Shown: in pieces, positions 12,289 to 25,824 of the stretch
Position numbering within the stretch: position 1 is the first letter of the stretch
How the letters are laid out: every line of letters starts with the position of its first letter
Assembly (NCBI GenBank): GCA_951406725.2
Contig: OX597819.1
Coordinates: 117,366,001 to 117,430,000 of the forward strand
Direction of reading: 5' to 3'
DNA from: Octopus vulgaris
Lineage: Eukaryota
Length of the DNA: 64,000 nt
Position numbers and translations under genes: made by a program
Notes under the pieces: generated by a model
Databases searched by the model: none
Told to the model about the DNA's origin: nothing
The model's input: the letters and a program-made list of their open reading frames with translations, nothing else

Positions 12289-14477
12289 CCCAATCGATAG
12301 AACAATTACTAACAATGTAAAGGTTTGCATATATTTACCACATTTTTATGTTCATCGTTCAGCGTTTCTGTTAATCTACCTCACTCCAAATATTGATAAA
12401 TATGGCAGGAAGTATTCTGTTCTTGAAAAAAGAAACAGTTGAAAATATCGATTATTTTACTTTAAATATTCTGAATTAAATAAGCTCAAGTCAGCAGACA
12501 TTTTGCTAGTTCCAATGTTTCAAAACTGCCAATGGACTTGAACTAAATATTCTAGATGAATGTACCTCGCTCAATTTAGACGTCATTGACGGAAGTATAT
12601 TCATATAACTATTTAGTAGTTTTCCCGACATTTTCAGACTGGCGTTTCTGTGAAGTTAATTGAGTTGTTGGATGAGGTTGTTTTTTCGTATTATCTGTAG
12701 GAAAGAGAAGACAAATATTTTGGGATTCCCGAGAACGTTTCTTTTTCCATTTTGTTTCTTTTTCGAGCAGTAATATATAATAAATAAATATAATAATAAA
12801 AGCGAAATTCTCTCTGTCTCCTTGGGAGCGCCCTGTACCGCAGACTACATCTGCTCTACATAGGCATGCTATGCTTTTTTAGTGTCAGGATCATCTCGGG
12901 AGTATCCGCCCTTTATTTTCTTCATGTGTGCTTCAAAATCTGCCCATCATTTGGGTCTTGAATATCCAGCATTAGGATCTAATTTAAAAGCATTCGGGTT
13001 GCTATTTCTAGGAGATAAAGCTTGGCAGAGTCACACCATTTTGGTTGTTATTTGTCAGATGACGTCAGAGATCAAGGGGGAAATAAATAACATTAGCTTC
13101 GTCAAATTTGTCGGATAAGGTTCTTCTTTCCTATTATATCTATGACAGAGAAGACAAATATTTTAGAATTCCGGAGAATGTTTCTTTTTCAATTTTTTTT
13201 TTCTTTTTCGAGGCGTAATTCGCATTACTTACATTTTAAAATGTTTAAGTTTCTTAAGAGTTCTGTGGCGTAACGATTCAGCTTATTAATATATTGGCTC
13301 CACCAACAAGTCAATTTAATGTAATTTGTTTCTGAATGATTCTTTCTTTCATCTGGTAGTGTTAAGAATTTGCTAAACTTAGACAAGAATTTTTAGTAGT
13401 GGCAAAGATTTATCTGGTGTTAGGTAATTAAAGGTAATATTTTACAATTCTGAATATCACAGACACGTATATTTCTTCTCTTGGAACGATTTCTAGTGAT
13501 TCAATTTCGTTCTAAGCGTCAGTGCTTGTTAGTTTTTCTCGTAACAGATGTTGTTTCTTGAATTTGACTTGTTCTCCTGCTGAACGTAACTCAGTGAAGA
13601 AATTACATTTTAAAAAGTATCATTCTTTGTATTTATATACTGTCTTTCTTGTGCATTATGAAGAGCTGCTTTGCCATGTTTTCTCGGAAGTAATTTCGGC
13701 ATCAAAACTATTTATCATTTAAACATCATAATTTCAGGTATAAATGGACGACATTCAGTTGATGATGGTTAAAAGCTTATTTTTATGTGTGTTTGCGTGG
13801 AAGTGTTTTTTGAATAAGTATAAATATTTGCAGAAATTCTGAAGTCGTAGTACATTAAATACGATTATCTTTCTTACTCTATTCTGGTGTACATACGTTA
13901 GGGTTTCATTCAGGTATACTGTTGTGTTATTGACACCAATTCATCATAGTATTTGTGGCTTGGTTTGAAATACCCGAGTTCGAAATAATTCAAAGACTTA
14001 ACTAATTTTATGGCATTCAGTTAACAATTCTTTCTCTTCGATGAAAGGTTTCTATACCCACATCCTGCAACAAATATATTTTTTTCCGGTAAAGTATATT
14101 CTTTACCTTATATAATGCCGAATATATTAACAAGTGAAATAAAGAGTACGAATTCTAAATGTCACGCCTAAAACACTTTTGCTTATGATAATAACATTAT
14201 TGAGTTATCTGCGAAATTCTTTGATAATATTATCAGGTTTTAACCTCCACATCTCTATCGCTGAAAAGTCACAAGGAAAAGTAACCACTGAATCTATACT
14301 AAGCACAAAACAACTTAACATACAATGTAACGTTTTGCCATTGTAGGACAGAATCTCAATATCTTCAATACTGAGCAGTGGATTGGATCAATTCCGGCCA
14401 TTTTTTGAGAAAACATATATTGCTCTTTCTCTTGCTATGACACTATTCAATTAAGCTTAACGCTATTTTTAAATTCC

Positions 14478-14953
14478 AATACATACATACATACATTCAT
14501 ACATACATACATACATACATACATGCATACATACATACATACATACATACATACATACATACATACATACATACATACATACATACATACATACATACAT
14601 ACATACATACATACATACATACATACATACATACATACATACATACATACATACATACATACATACATACATACATACATACATACATACATACATACAT
14701 ACATACATACATACATACATACATACATACATACATACATACATACATACATACATACATACATACATACATACATACATACATACATACATACATACAT
14801 ACATACATACATACATACATACATACATACATACATACATACATACATACATACATACATACATACATACATACATACATACATACATACATACATACAT
14901 ACATACATACATACATACATACATACATACATACATACATACATACATACATA
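14478..14953. repeat. (ACAT)n microsatellite, ~475 bp
   Basis: Nearly perfect acat run; source of the MYVC/HTYI ORFs. Confidence 0.97.
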
Positions 14954-15244
14954 CTGAAACCATTTTCCTGCATGTTATAAATTTACGAAAATTCACATTC
15001 AGACATAGTATTTATGGGAAAATAAATATCGTAACTGAATTCTCAGAACCTACAGTGGAGTCATTGGAATGTATCACTAAATGGTAATCCTACCAAAATA
15101 ACGTATATATGTATATATATAAAATAAAGTATATATATATATATATATAGACAGATAGATAGATATACGTATATATACGACAAAATAGGAAGCATAAATT
15201 CAAGCCCGTATGATTAATAACATTGTCTATAAAAATAAATAAAT

Positions 15245-15490
15245 GCGCCCTTTTAAAGCCTAGCCAGGCTCATGGACCCGGTTTCCCGGTTTCTATGGCC
15301 TATGTCTTCCCGAGCTGGGCGGCACGCCAGTCCATCGCAGCGTTACTCATTTTTGCCAGTTGAGTGGACATGTGTAAGGTAAAATGAAGTGTTTTGCTCA
15401 AGAACACAACGCGTCGCCCGGTCCAGGAATTGAAACCACAATCTTACGATCATGAGGCTGACACCCTAACCACTATGCCACGCGCCTCCT
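15245..15490 (-). mobile_element. tRNA-derived SINE (family D)
   Basis: Reverse complement begins ggaggcgcgtggc.tagtggttaggg...ggtttcaattcc; shares the ctcatttttgccag.tgagtggac segment with 12140-12170. Confidence 0.75.
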
Positions 15491-16618
15491 CAACATTGTT
15501 CTTTACACTGTTATTATTTTGTACATGTTTAATGAAACTGATTAGGAAAGAGAAAGTAAATGTCATTAACCGTAGTTTGCAGAGCAATACAAGGCCTCAA
15601 GATTGAGTTTATATTACTGTTCTAGTCATTTCTGTAGCTAAGTGTGTACATAAGATTGCAACAAACTCAAGATTGTGTTAAAGGAAACGATTAACTAAAT
15701 TAAGAAATATTCCCGATTTCATTGCCACCCGAAATCAGGTTTCTTGCATAATAAATTATTTAATTTAGGATGCTTGGTCTAAACTGTGAAAATGTAATCA
15801 TTGGCCGTGTGAACTTAGAAATATTTCTTTTAAACATTGTGTTCTAAGAAATCCTAAACCATGTTCATAACAATAACTATTTCTACGTACGACTGTATTG
15901 TAGTTATGAGGATTGACATTATTAGCGCTGCTTTCTAAACAATCAATAAATTAAAAGAGCCTAATTTTATTATGTGACGAAAATGAATTGGATTTTACAG
16001 CGCACTGAAGATAGCTGTGCATTTGTGTACGTGACGCCCTGCCATTTGCAATCTCTTGATTTCCGTCTAATTATCTGTTTCAACATAAACCAATAAGTCC
16101 TGTGATTATAGGTAGTCGAAATAGTCAAAGTGCGGACAAAATACATTATTTTGACTTTGCTTTTTGTTTTATTCTATTAAATCTTGTTTGAGATTATTTC
16201 CAATCCCCACTGGCCGAATAGCGTTGGTTAATTAATATCACCCTCTTTCGCCATTACGTTATTAAATTATTAACGGTGTACCCCATAAAACTCCATTATT
16301 CATAGAGACAGAATTGCTCATTCTCTTTGTTCCTTGCAACATAAGTATTAATGATAGCTGCAATATTTTCTGCTTATCTCATGTGACTGTCGGTTTGTTT
16401 ACACTTCCTTGTCATCGGAGTGAATATTAATAAACTGATGCAACTATATGATCAACGAAATAAAACATTCTGTACTAGTTTTAATTTCGTTTATTTTTAA
16501 AGGTTAACACATCTAGACCTTAGAATTCCATCGATCGAGGAAAACATATTGATCTTAGACAACAACCTAGAACCGCCACTCCTTATCACGATGCCTGGCA
16601 GAATTTGCAAACAAATAA

Positions 16619-17035
16619 GGCGGCGAGCTGGCAGAAACGTTAGCACGCCGGGAGAAATACTTAGCGGTACTTCGTCTGCCGTTACATTCTGAGTTCAAAT
16701 TCCGCCTAGGTCGACTGTGCGTTTCATCCTTTCGGGGTCGAAAAATTAAGTACCAGTTACGCACTGGGGTTGATGTAATCGACGTAATCCGTTTGTCTGT
16801 CCTTGTTTGTCTCCTCTGTTTTTAGCCCCTTGTGAATAGTAAAGAAATAGGTATTTCGTCTGTCGTTACGTTCTCAGTTCAAATTCCGCCGAGGCCGACA
16901 TTGCCTTTCATCCTTTCGGGGTCGAAAAATTAAGTAGCAGTTACGCACTAGGGTCGATATAATCGACCAAGTCCTTTTGTCTGTCCTTGTTTTTCCCCTC
17001 TGTGTTTAGCCCCTTGTGGGCAGTAAAGAAATAAG
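16619..17035 (+). mobile_element. SINE family A, tandem dimer
   Basis: Full unit followed by a second unit starting at gtatttcgtct; flanked by gaatt(t/a)gcaaacaaata direct repeats. Confidence 0.88.
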
Positions 17036-18152
17036 AATTAGCAAACAAATATCTCTCAAATCACTCTCAACTATATTGTACACTTGAGTTGCTGTACCAC
17101 ACACAAAACGCGATGGTTATGACTGGAATAACTTTCATCTCTGGTCCATTCTACTAATGTTGATTTAGAGCTAAAACACAACACATATATTATGAGGTAG
17201 TGCTTCTGGTTCGATAGAAAAAAACTTCTGTTCGTTGTTAAATTTGTCACTCTCTTTCTTAATTGATCATGTTTGCTCAGTATTCCCTGACATACACGGC
17301 TTACATTGTGAAACATTGTTCACAAGTAGCCACACATAGTGTTACACTAAGAAGATTTAGAAGCACTGTTTTTCTCAATACAAAGCACAATTGAATCTTT
17401 ATATTTGATGTTAGTCTGAGAAATGATGAACTGAATATTGTAAAACCATTTTAGAATTAATTAATTTTTTTTTCTTGGAAGATAAAACAAATAACCTGAA
17501 TGTTTTTTTCTTAATTACAATGTAAATTATGTTTAATTTATGGAAGATGGGGAAAATAGAATAAGATAAAATTAAATTAAATTAAAAATACCGTGATGTT
17601 ATTATTTCCGCAAAAATTAATTAACCATAGTCAAGGTTCAGTTATTAAAACGGCGAAATATAAATGATTTTGCTAAAAGCAATAAATAATCTCAGTTATA
17701 TTTGGGTATTTTAACGATACATAAAAGGAAATGTGTTATTGCTTTGAATAAATCTACGAATGAAAACATAAATATGTAGTGTTGTGTTTTATGGCAACGC
17801 ACGTATAAACACAGCGACACGCAGACACACGTATATTCATATATACTCATTTGTAAAACTTAAACACACCACGTCTTTCCTTTATGTTTATAACAGTTGA
17901 AGTTGAGTGAAGATGCTGAAAAACAAATGAAAAAGTTGATAGAGCATATCAGTGTATCATCTCCTATAGGTATTAAAAATGGCTTTGAACGATGAATTTC
18001 CTCGAGCTATGAGTAAAAGCAGTACTTATGCTTCAGACTTAACAATGGCAATATGGTTCAGTAGCACTATGTCCTACGCTGAATTCTAGTTCGATTCAAA
18101 AACGACAGATGCAAAAATTTAAATTCATTTTTACGTATGCATCATCGGGGCG

Positions 18153-18781
18153 TACGAGCAGATGGTTTTTTTACGCTTGCATATAGTCATAGACAGTTTA
18201 CTTGGTTGGTATGTGATGTTGATAAGCCACAAAATTGGCGGAACATTTATATCCTTCGATCTTGAATTGTATTTGGAGTGCGTTGCCTGTCTATGACTCC
18301 CGTGTGTTTTAACGTCCAGTGATTTGAGAAAGTCAAATCCACTGTGTCAATTTGCAACCTACCGATGGACTAGCAAGGCACGTATGTGATCAGATCACTA
18401 AGTATCCGGAATGTTTCCTTAGTAACGAACCGATAGCACGCAGATTAAAGCCGCTTGTCACAGATTGACCATGTACTCTACTGTGCATGCGCACTATGTT
18501 TTAACATTCTACCTCAATTCCGCTGTTTACAGCAGTGCTTAGAAGTAACATGTGTAGCGTGTATTCGTCGCATTGATAATGACTGAGAAACTTGAGCAAA
18601 GATTGTGCTTCAAGTTCTGTCAAAATCTTGGCAACACCTGTTCAAGAGCGTACGCAACGTTTTCATGAGGTCTTCATCGTTCGCGCCACATTCAAGGAGA
18701 TTTTCTGCAACCGAAACCCTAGTGTATTTTTGGTCAGCCGAAAAAAAATATAGCACAAACTTGTCAGACACGCATCTCGTA
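18153..18781 (+). mobile_element. Internally deleted mariner-type DNA transposon
   Basis: ATG at 18579 gives MTEKLEQRLCFKFCQNLGNTCSRAY (mariner N-terminal HTH); ends tacgag...ctcgta, with a right end (aaacttgtcagacac) resembling a mariner TIR. Confidence 0.6.
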
Positions 18782-18878
18782 CCCAAATCTTTAGGACTAC
18801 ATAGCCACAGTAGGGGATGTAAAGGACATGAAATATATAAAAACCACACTTGATTATTTTATGCGCAGCTGCCAACAA

Positions 18879-18934
<56 letters not shown>

Positions 18935-18965
18935 ATTGTCTCCCGCGACAAAAGGGTGCCAACAA

Positions 18966-19062
<97 letters not shown>

Positions 19063-20094
19063 GGAATATAGCTCCAAACTTACAGGAAAAAATTAGATTT
19101 AGTATTAAAGTATTAAATCAAATTTCACAGTATAAATATATAGAATATGAATTAGTGGTTTCATCTCTAATTCATATTATATATATATATATATATATAC
19201 ATACATACATCCATACATACATACATACATACATACATACATCCATACATACATACATACATACATACATATTCACATATGCTCACACACATATTCATAT
19301 ATGTTTCTGTGTAAATGGGTATGTGATGAGGAATGTGAGCCTTGAATATGTGGCACGGCATAAGAATTATGTGTCCGAACATTGTACACACAAATGCAGA
19401 TTCACAAACACACACGCATAATCAGAAAAATCTAACGCAGACACATACACAATCACATATATATGATGCTATATCGTACTTATCTTCACCTCCTGCAGAA
19501 GGACTTCATTTATTTTTAGTCTTTCTAATCTGTTGCATTGAGGTTATCTTCTTTACGTAACTGCCTCGGATTCTTTGCATAACTGCCTTCAGTTGTGCTC
19601 TTAGTTTGATATTGTTTGATGGCTCTTAATAAAGAGCAGCAGTCCAAACGGCAGAAAGTGAATTCATTTCCACAGGAGCAAATTAGTTTCATTTTCCTCT
19701 TGTTTTTGTATTACCTTAGGATTCAGCCAACTCGTCGTATATATTTTGCCACCGTCTTGTAATGTGCTCAAACGCTCTCCCTGTCTCTTTCTCTCTCTCT
19801 CTCTCTCTCGCTTGCTCACTCATTCCCACACACATACATACATGCGCAACTTCACACCTCCATAGATATGATAAATTGTGGGCGTGCACACATAAGAAGT
19901 ATTATTATTATATAATAGTTAACAGGTGCAAGAAGGCAAAAGTAGCTGTAAATTTACGATGTTGATGCCATATTAATTTAACTGCATCAGCGTTTCGAAA
20001 ATTCAGGATAATGTGAATGTGTTTACATAAAATTGCATCATTCATTTATATATATATATATATTTTATAGAAGGAGCTTCTACAGGAAGCTCCT

Positions 20095-20147
20095 GAGCTT
20101 CCTGATGATTTCTTTTGAATGAAACAGTTCTAGTCCTGTAGAAGCTC
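20095..20147 (+). ncRNA. Type I hammerhead ribozyme in a TA-embedded PLE-like terminus
   Basis: Stem I gagcttc/gaagctc, CUGAUGA, stem II (u)uuc-uuuu-gaa(u), GAAA, stem III acag/cugu, GUA cleavage triplet. Confidence 0.75.
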
Positions 20148-20225
20148 CTATAAAATAAATTAATTTACTCTGCTATGTATTGAGTACCTTATTTACTGTG
20201 GTTAACCCCGACTCAACCCGGGACC

Positions 20226-20286
<61 letters not shown>

Positions 20287-20288
<2 letters not shown>

Positions 20289-20498
20289 TCTTTACTATTT
20301 TACTTGTTTCAGTCATTTGACTGTGGCCATGCAGGAGCACCCGCCTTTAGTCGATCGAGTAAATCGACCCCAGGACTTATTCTTTGTAAGCCTAGTACTT
20401 CTTCTATCGGTCTGTTTTGCCGAACCGCTAACTTACGGGGACGTAAACACACAGCATCTGTTGTCAAGCGATGTTGGGAGGTCAAACACAAATACACA

Positions 20499-20581
<83 letters not shown>

Positions 20582-20743
20582 GAAGGGCCTCTTTCAGTTT
20601 TCGTCTACCAAATCCACTCACAAGTCTTTAGTCGACCCGAAGCTATAGTAGAAGACACTTGCCCAAGGTGCCACGCAGCTGGACTGAACCCAGAGACACA
20701 TGTTTCGTAAGCAAGCTACTTACCACACAGCCATTCCTACGCC
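20287..20743 (-). mobile_element. SINE family B
   Basis: Reverse complement of the 9640-10041 family with internal (CA)n(TA)n. Confidence 0.9.
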
Positions 20744-20790
20744 TTTTGATAGATAGATAGATAGATAGATAGATAGTTAGATGCACTAGC

Positions 20791-20837
<47 letters not shown>

Positions 20838-21032
20838 TTAGATGCACATATATATATAAGTAACTCACAAAATTCTACCCTCCAAATGAGTGAAGGGGTG
20901 TATAGAAGGATGTGGATTCATTCTAGGTGATGAGTGTAATTTTTATTCACCAAATAGATACATATTATTTCACTGAATATTCCTCTCAACTAATTTTTCC
21001 CAACACAATTGTGAATTTTTATTCTAACTACT

Positions 21033-21108
<76 letters not shown>

Positions 21109-21570
21109 ATACACATTCTTGTGTTTATTACATTCTCCATATCAATGATAAAACTATACTTTATGGTATTCTTCTGTAATAAATTTTCCTTAGATCTTCC
21201 AAGAATGTCTCACATAATTGATATTGAGTGCTTGGTTTGGAAAGAATCGTACAACATTTCAAACGGTAGCAAACAATTTACTTTCCAGAATGTTTTATCA
21301 TTTAAAAATGCTACAAAATTAAATTCTTATTTTAGTACATTTCTTTGAAACATACTAGATTCTCAGTATTTCTCTAACTGAAAACTGATACACTTCCATA
21401 TTTGAAAAGGAGATAAATATTTCCTCACTATTTTCATTTTATTATTGCACATATATTGAAGTCTCACATACATTTCAACGCTGTGACCTATGCAGGATTA
21501 TGTTTCCTTCGCGAGAGCAAGATACTCATAAGGCGAGTGAGAATTTCACAGACAAATATGCTCCTATATA

Positions 21571-21988
21571 TTTCTTTACTACCCATAAGGGGCTAAACAC
21601 AGAGACGACAAGCAAGGACAGACAAACGGATTAAGTCGATTATATCGAACCCACTGCGTAACTGGTACTTATTTAACCGACCCCCGAAAGGATGAAAGGC
21701 AAAGTCGACCACGGCGGAATTTGAACTCAGAACGTAACGGCAGACGAAATACCTGTTTCTTTACTACCCACAAGGGACTAAACACAGAGAGGGACAAACA
21801 AGGACAGACAAACGGATTAAGTCAATTATATCGACTCCAGTGCGTAACTGCTACTTATTTAATCGACCCCGAAAGGATGAAAGGCAAAGTCGACCGCGGC
21901 GGAATTTGATCTCAGAACGTAGCGGCAGACGTAATACCGCTAAGCATTTCACCTGGCATGCTAACGTTTCTGCCAGGTCACCACCTTA
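21571..21988 (-). mobile_element. SINE family A, tandem dimer
   Basis: Two consecutive reverse-complement family A bodies sharing one head at the right end. Confidence 0.88.
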
Positions 21989-22283
21989 TGCTCCTATCGT
22001 TAGTCCCAAGTGCTGAATCAGGGCGGCGTAAGCATATCAAGACTGGGCCTTCAAATTATATACCCAGTCCTCCGAAGGTTTCTATACAATTTCCATCTAC
22101 CCATCTACCCATAATAAATGTTTCGTCAAGAGTTGATAATAAATGTGTTTGCGCTAACTGTTCCGTAGTTGAATCGAATCCATCACGAAATTCTTAACTA
22201 TTTGATCTTCCATGCGTTTAGTTAACTAATATATTAAATCAATGTCTATCTTGGCCATTCTTTTATATTTTTGATATATATAC

Positions 22284-22514
22284 TTTTTTACTAACCACAG
22301 GGGGCTAAACATAGAGGGGACAAACAAAGACCGACATAGGTATTAAGTCGATTACATCGACCCCAGTGAGTAACTGGTACTTAATTTATCGACCCCGAAA
22401 GGATGAAAGGCAAAGTCGACCTCGGCGGAATTTGAACCCAGAACGTAACGGCAGACAAAATACGGTTACGCATTTCGCCCGGCGGGCTAACGTTTCTGCC
22501 AGCTCGACGCCTTT
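22284..22514 (-). mobile_element. SINE family A
   Basis: Complete reverse-complement family A copy. Confidence 0.88.
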
Positions 22515-23395
22515 ATTTGTGATATATATGACAGTAAATAGTATATTCTAGAACACTTACAGCGGTGTAAATAATATCTAATGGATTGAATCATAAATTA
22601 TACGTGCTTTTCATTTGCCATCACAGTATGAAATCTTACTCCTTTATCCTAGGAAGACGCATATTTTATATTCCTAAATGACATCTTGTTTTTCTTTTGT
22701 GTTTTTATAAAAGCAGCACCTTCTAACACCTCTGTGAGTTATAATTTTTTAATTGATAACTTGGGGAAACCAATCCCAAAATGTATTTAGATAATGTTGA
22801 ATGTCAGGAATAACATTTGGAGTTCTGAACGACGCATGTAAGGTAACTAAATGTTTTTTCGTTGTGCCCAAAGCATTTAAAATTATTCTCATATATATGT
22901 AGTGGTTAAGTGTGTATCTGTATGTGTTAAGGTTAACAAATGCGACAGGCATGTGGATGCCTTTGAAGTAAACAAATACATGACATTGGTCCATAGTCAA
23001 AATAGTTTATTTAACGTACTCCCTTTACGGAGTTGATAAACTGATATACTAGTCCGTTCCCTCATCCTTGCTAACATTGTCTGAATGTTAGAAAGAATGG
23101 TAATTGCTACTCCAGCCTATATATATATGTCTATACATGTATATAGGAGTTTCCATGCACAAGTCTCTCCGTCAAGCATGTATGTAGCAATGGTGTTTCT
23201 CCTTAAGTATATGTGTCACAATGTGTATATCTCAGTGTGTTTGAATGTGTTTGAATATTTATATGTGTGCATTTGTATGTTTAGATTAATTCATTCATTC
23301 ATGCTTTCGTTCATTCATAGATACATACATTCATACATACATACATACATACATACATCAATACATTCATGAACTCAAATACGTTCTTACAAAGC

Positions 23396-23467
<72 letters not shown>

Positions 23468-24260
23468 TACATGCACACACATATTTATATGTGAAATATA
23501 TCATTACTCGTTCCTATTGTATGGCTTTCATCTTACGCAAAATAGACAATGACGGGCAGTACAACATTCACTTACTCCAGATAAGTATCGCCATGTCCCT
23601 TGTATATGTATTTGACAAATTATATTTTCCACCACATAAGCTCGAATGTCAAAGCAATTGAATCACCCCTATTTTAGAAATAACCGTTCAATCCTATGTA
23701 TCGTTAAATATGACGCAATTAGTTTCCTATTGTAATCTAGGAACAAATATGGAAAATAAAATATCCTTTATTCTTGTAAAATATTACCACTTAAATGCTT
23801 AATGTGCACATGATATTATTCCACTCTAAAATTTAAACAGGTATACATACAACCTTTCAAGGCGTATTAAAACATTCCCATTAAATATGATATTTATAGC
23901 ATCGCATTTTCATCTTAATTGTTGTCCAATAAGTAATCTCATAAACTGCAAATTTAATTTTAAGACTACACAGCTAAAACTTGCTTCATTCCTCTCTCTC
24001 TCTCTCTCTCTCCGTCTCTCTGTCTCTCTGCTTTCTCTCGCTCTCGCTCTGTATCTGAATATATATAATGGTTAAGGCAGATACAAGTCCCTAACGGGTA
24101 CCGTGCTTCCTCTAGTTGTTTAACAAGCCTGGCTACACTCCCTGAATGTAGATAAACTCCAGTTAGTTAAATTTACTACAGTCACTTCGCTTAATCCAGA
24201 TCTCCTCATAATGGCTGCATAGCGTCGGTAGGGAAGTAATCTCTATTCTCCTGATAGTTA

Positions 24261-24262
<2 letters not shown>

Positions 24263-24355
<93 letters not shown>

Positions 24356-24428
24356 GTATATATATATGTATATATGTATGTATATATATGTATATATATA
24401 TATTGTATATATATATGTATATATTATG

Positions 24429-24463
<35 letters not shown>

Positions 24464-24512
24464 GTATATATATATGTATATATGTATGTATATATATATA
24501 TATGTATATATG

Positions 24513-24596
<84 letters not shown>

Positions 24597-24614
24597 TATA
24601 TATATATATATGTA

Positions 24615-24687
<73 letters not shown>

Positions 24688-24696
24688 GTAAATATG

Positions 24697-24730
<34 letters not shown>

Positions 24731-24735
24731 TGTAT
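24263..24735. repeat. (TA)n/(TATG) tract, left flank of the PLE array
   Basis: Imperfect TA microsatellite directly abutting the array start ttggctgacc. Confidence 0.95.
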
Positions 24736-25786
24736 TTGGCTGACCGGTTCGCGGAACACCTTCGTGACATCCACCTTGCGAACGACACACCGGTCTCACG
24801 CCATTTCCGCTCCACCGGTCACTCCTTGCAACACCTATCTGTGTTCGGTTTGTCCTTACACAGAGGCCATCCGGATTCCCGTTTGCGCCGTGAACAGGAA
24901 TTAATCTTCTCTCTTCGCTCTTATACGCCATTTGGTCTCAACTCTCCCCCCCTCCTCATCTAACCCCCCTCTCCCCCCTCCTCACCTATCCTTTCTTCCC
25001 CCGACCCCTACTTCTACAGTCCTTCATCCTTTCACCCCTACTCCCCTTCCCTTCTTCCCTCTTTCTCCCTCCCTCTTCCCCTTCCCTCTGCTCCCTCACT
25101 CCCTCTCTCCCTCTTTCCTCCTTCATCCCCCTCCTCCCCTTCCTTCTCCCCCATCCTCTCCTCTTCCCCCTTCTCCTCCCCCTCTTCTTCCCCTCGCCTT
25201 CTCTCCCCCTCTTCTCCCCCTCCCCCTCTTCTCCTCACTACACCACATGACTTTACACATCACATCACATATGATGTGCCATACTAATACACACACCAAC
25301 TAATACATACTAATACGTACTAATACATACCAGTACATACTAATACTTACACCAACCCTATACATACACACGTCCAGACCCCGCATACGCACTTATACTC
25401 TCTCTCACACACACACACACACCTATACATACCAATACGTACTAATACATACTAATACATACTAATACATACACCAACCCCATACATACGCACGTCCAGA
25501 CCAATCTTACGCACTAATACTCTCTCATACACACACACACACACACACACCCTTATACATACTAATACATACACCAACCCTATACATACACACATCCAGA
25601 CCCCTCCCACGCACTTTTAGCTGGTCCCTCAACCCTTTTATCAACCCTATTATCTCCCCTTATTTCGCTCTCGCGTCTCATGTTTGATCTTTGACCTCTG
25701 GCCGAAATCAGATCGCCATGTTGATTCGTTAGCTACTGCACGCATTTTTTTCTCTCCTTCTTTCTGTGTTTTTCTCTCTCTGTGTA

Positions 25787-25824
25787 TCTTTCTGTTGAAG
25801 AGCGTAGGCTCGAAACGTTAAAGA
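25787..25824 (+). ncRNA. Minimal hammerhead ribozyme variant (unit 0 pLTR)
   Basis: ucuuu-CUGUUGA-a-gagc-guag-gcuc-GAAA-cg-UU-aaaga: stem I, core with A6U, 4-bp stem II, palindromic AACGUU stem III. Confidence 0.7.

Noticed and set aside
12300-14260. Possible further decayed PLE with a ~65-bp duplication (12704 and 13148) around a Helitron-like insert
   Set aside because: The duplication is visible, but the protein motifs and element ends are too degenerate to call.
14447-14996. Long ORFs of MYVC/HTYI, YI, poly-I, poly-H and similar repeats across the window
   Set aside because: They are translations of microsatellites lacking stop codons, with no protein signal.
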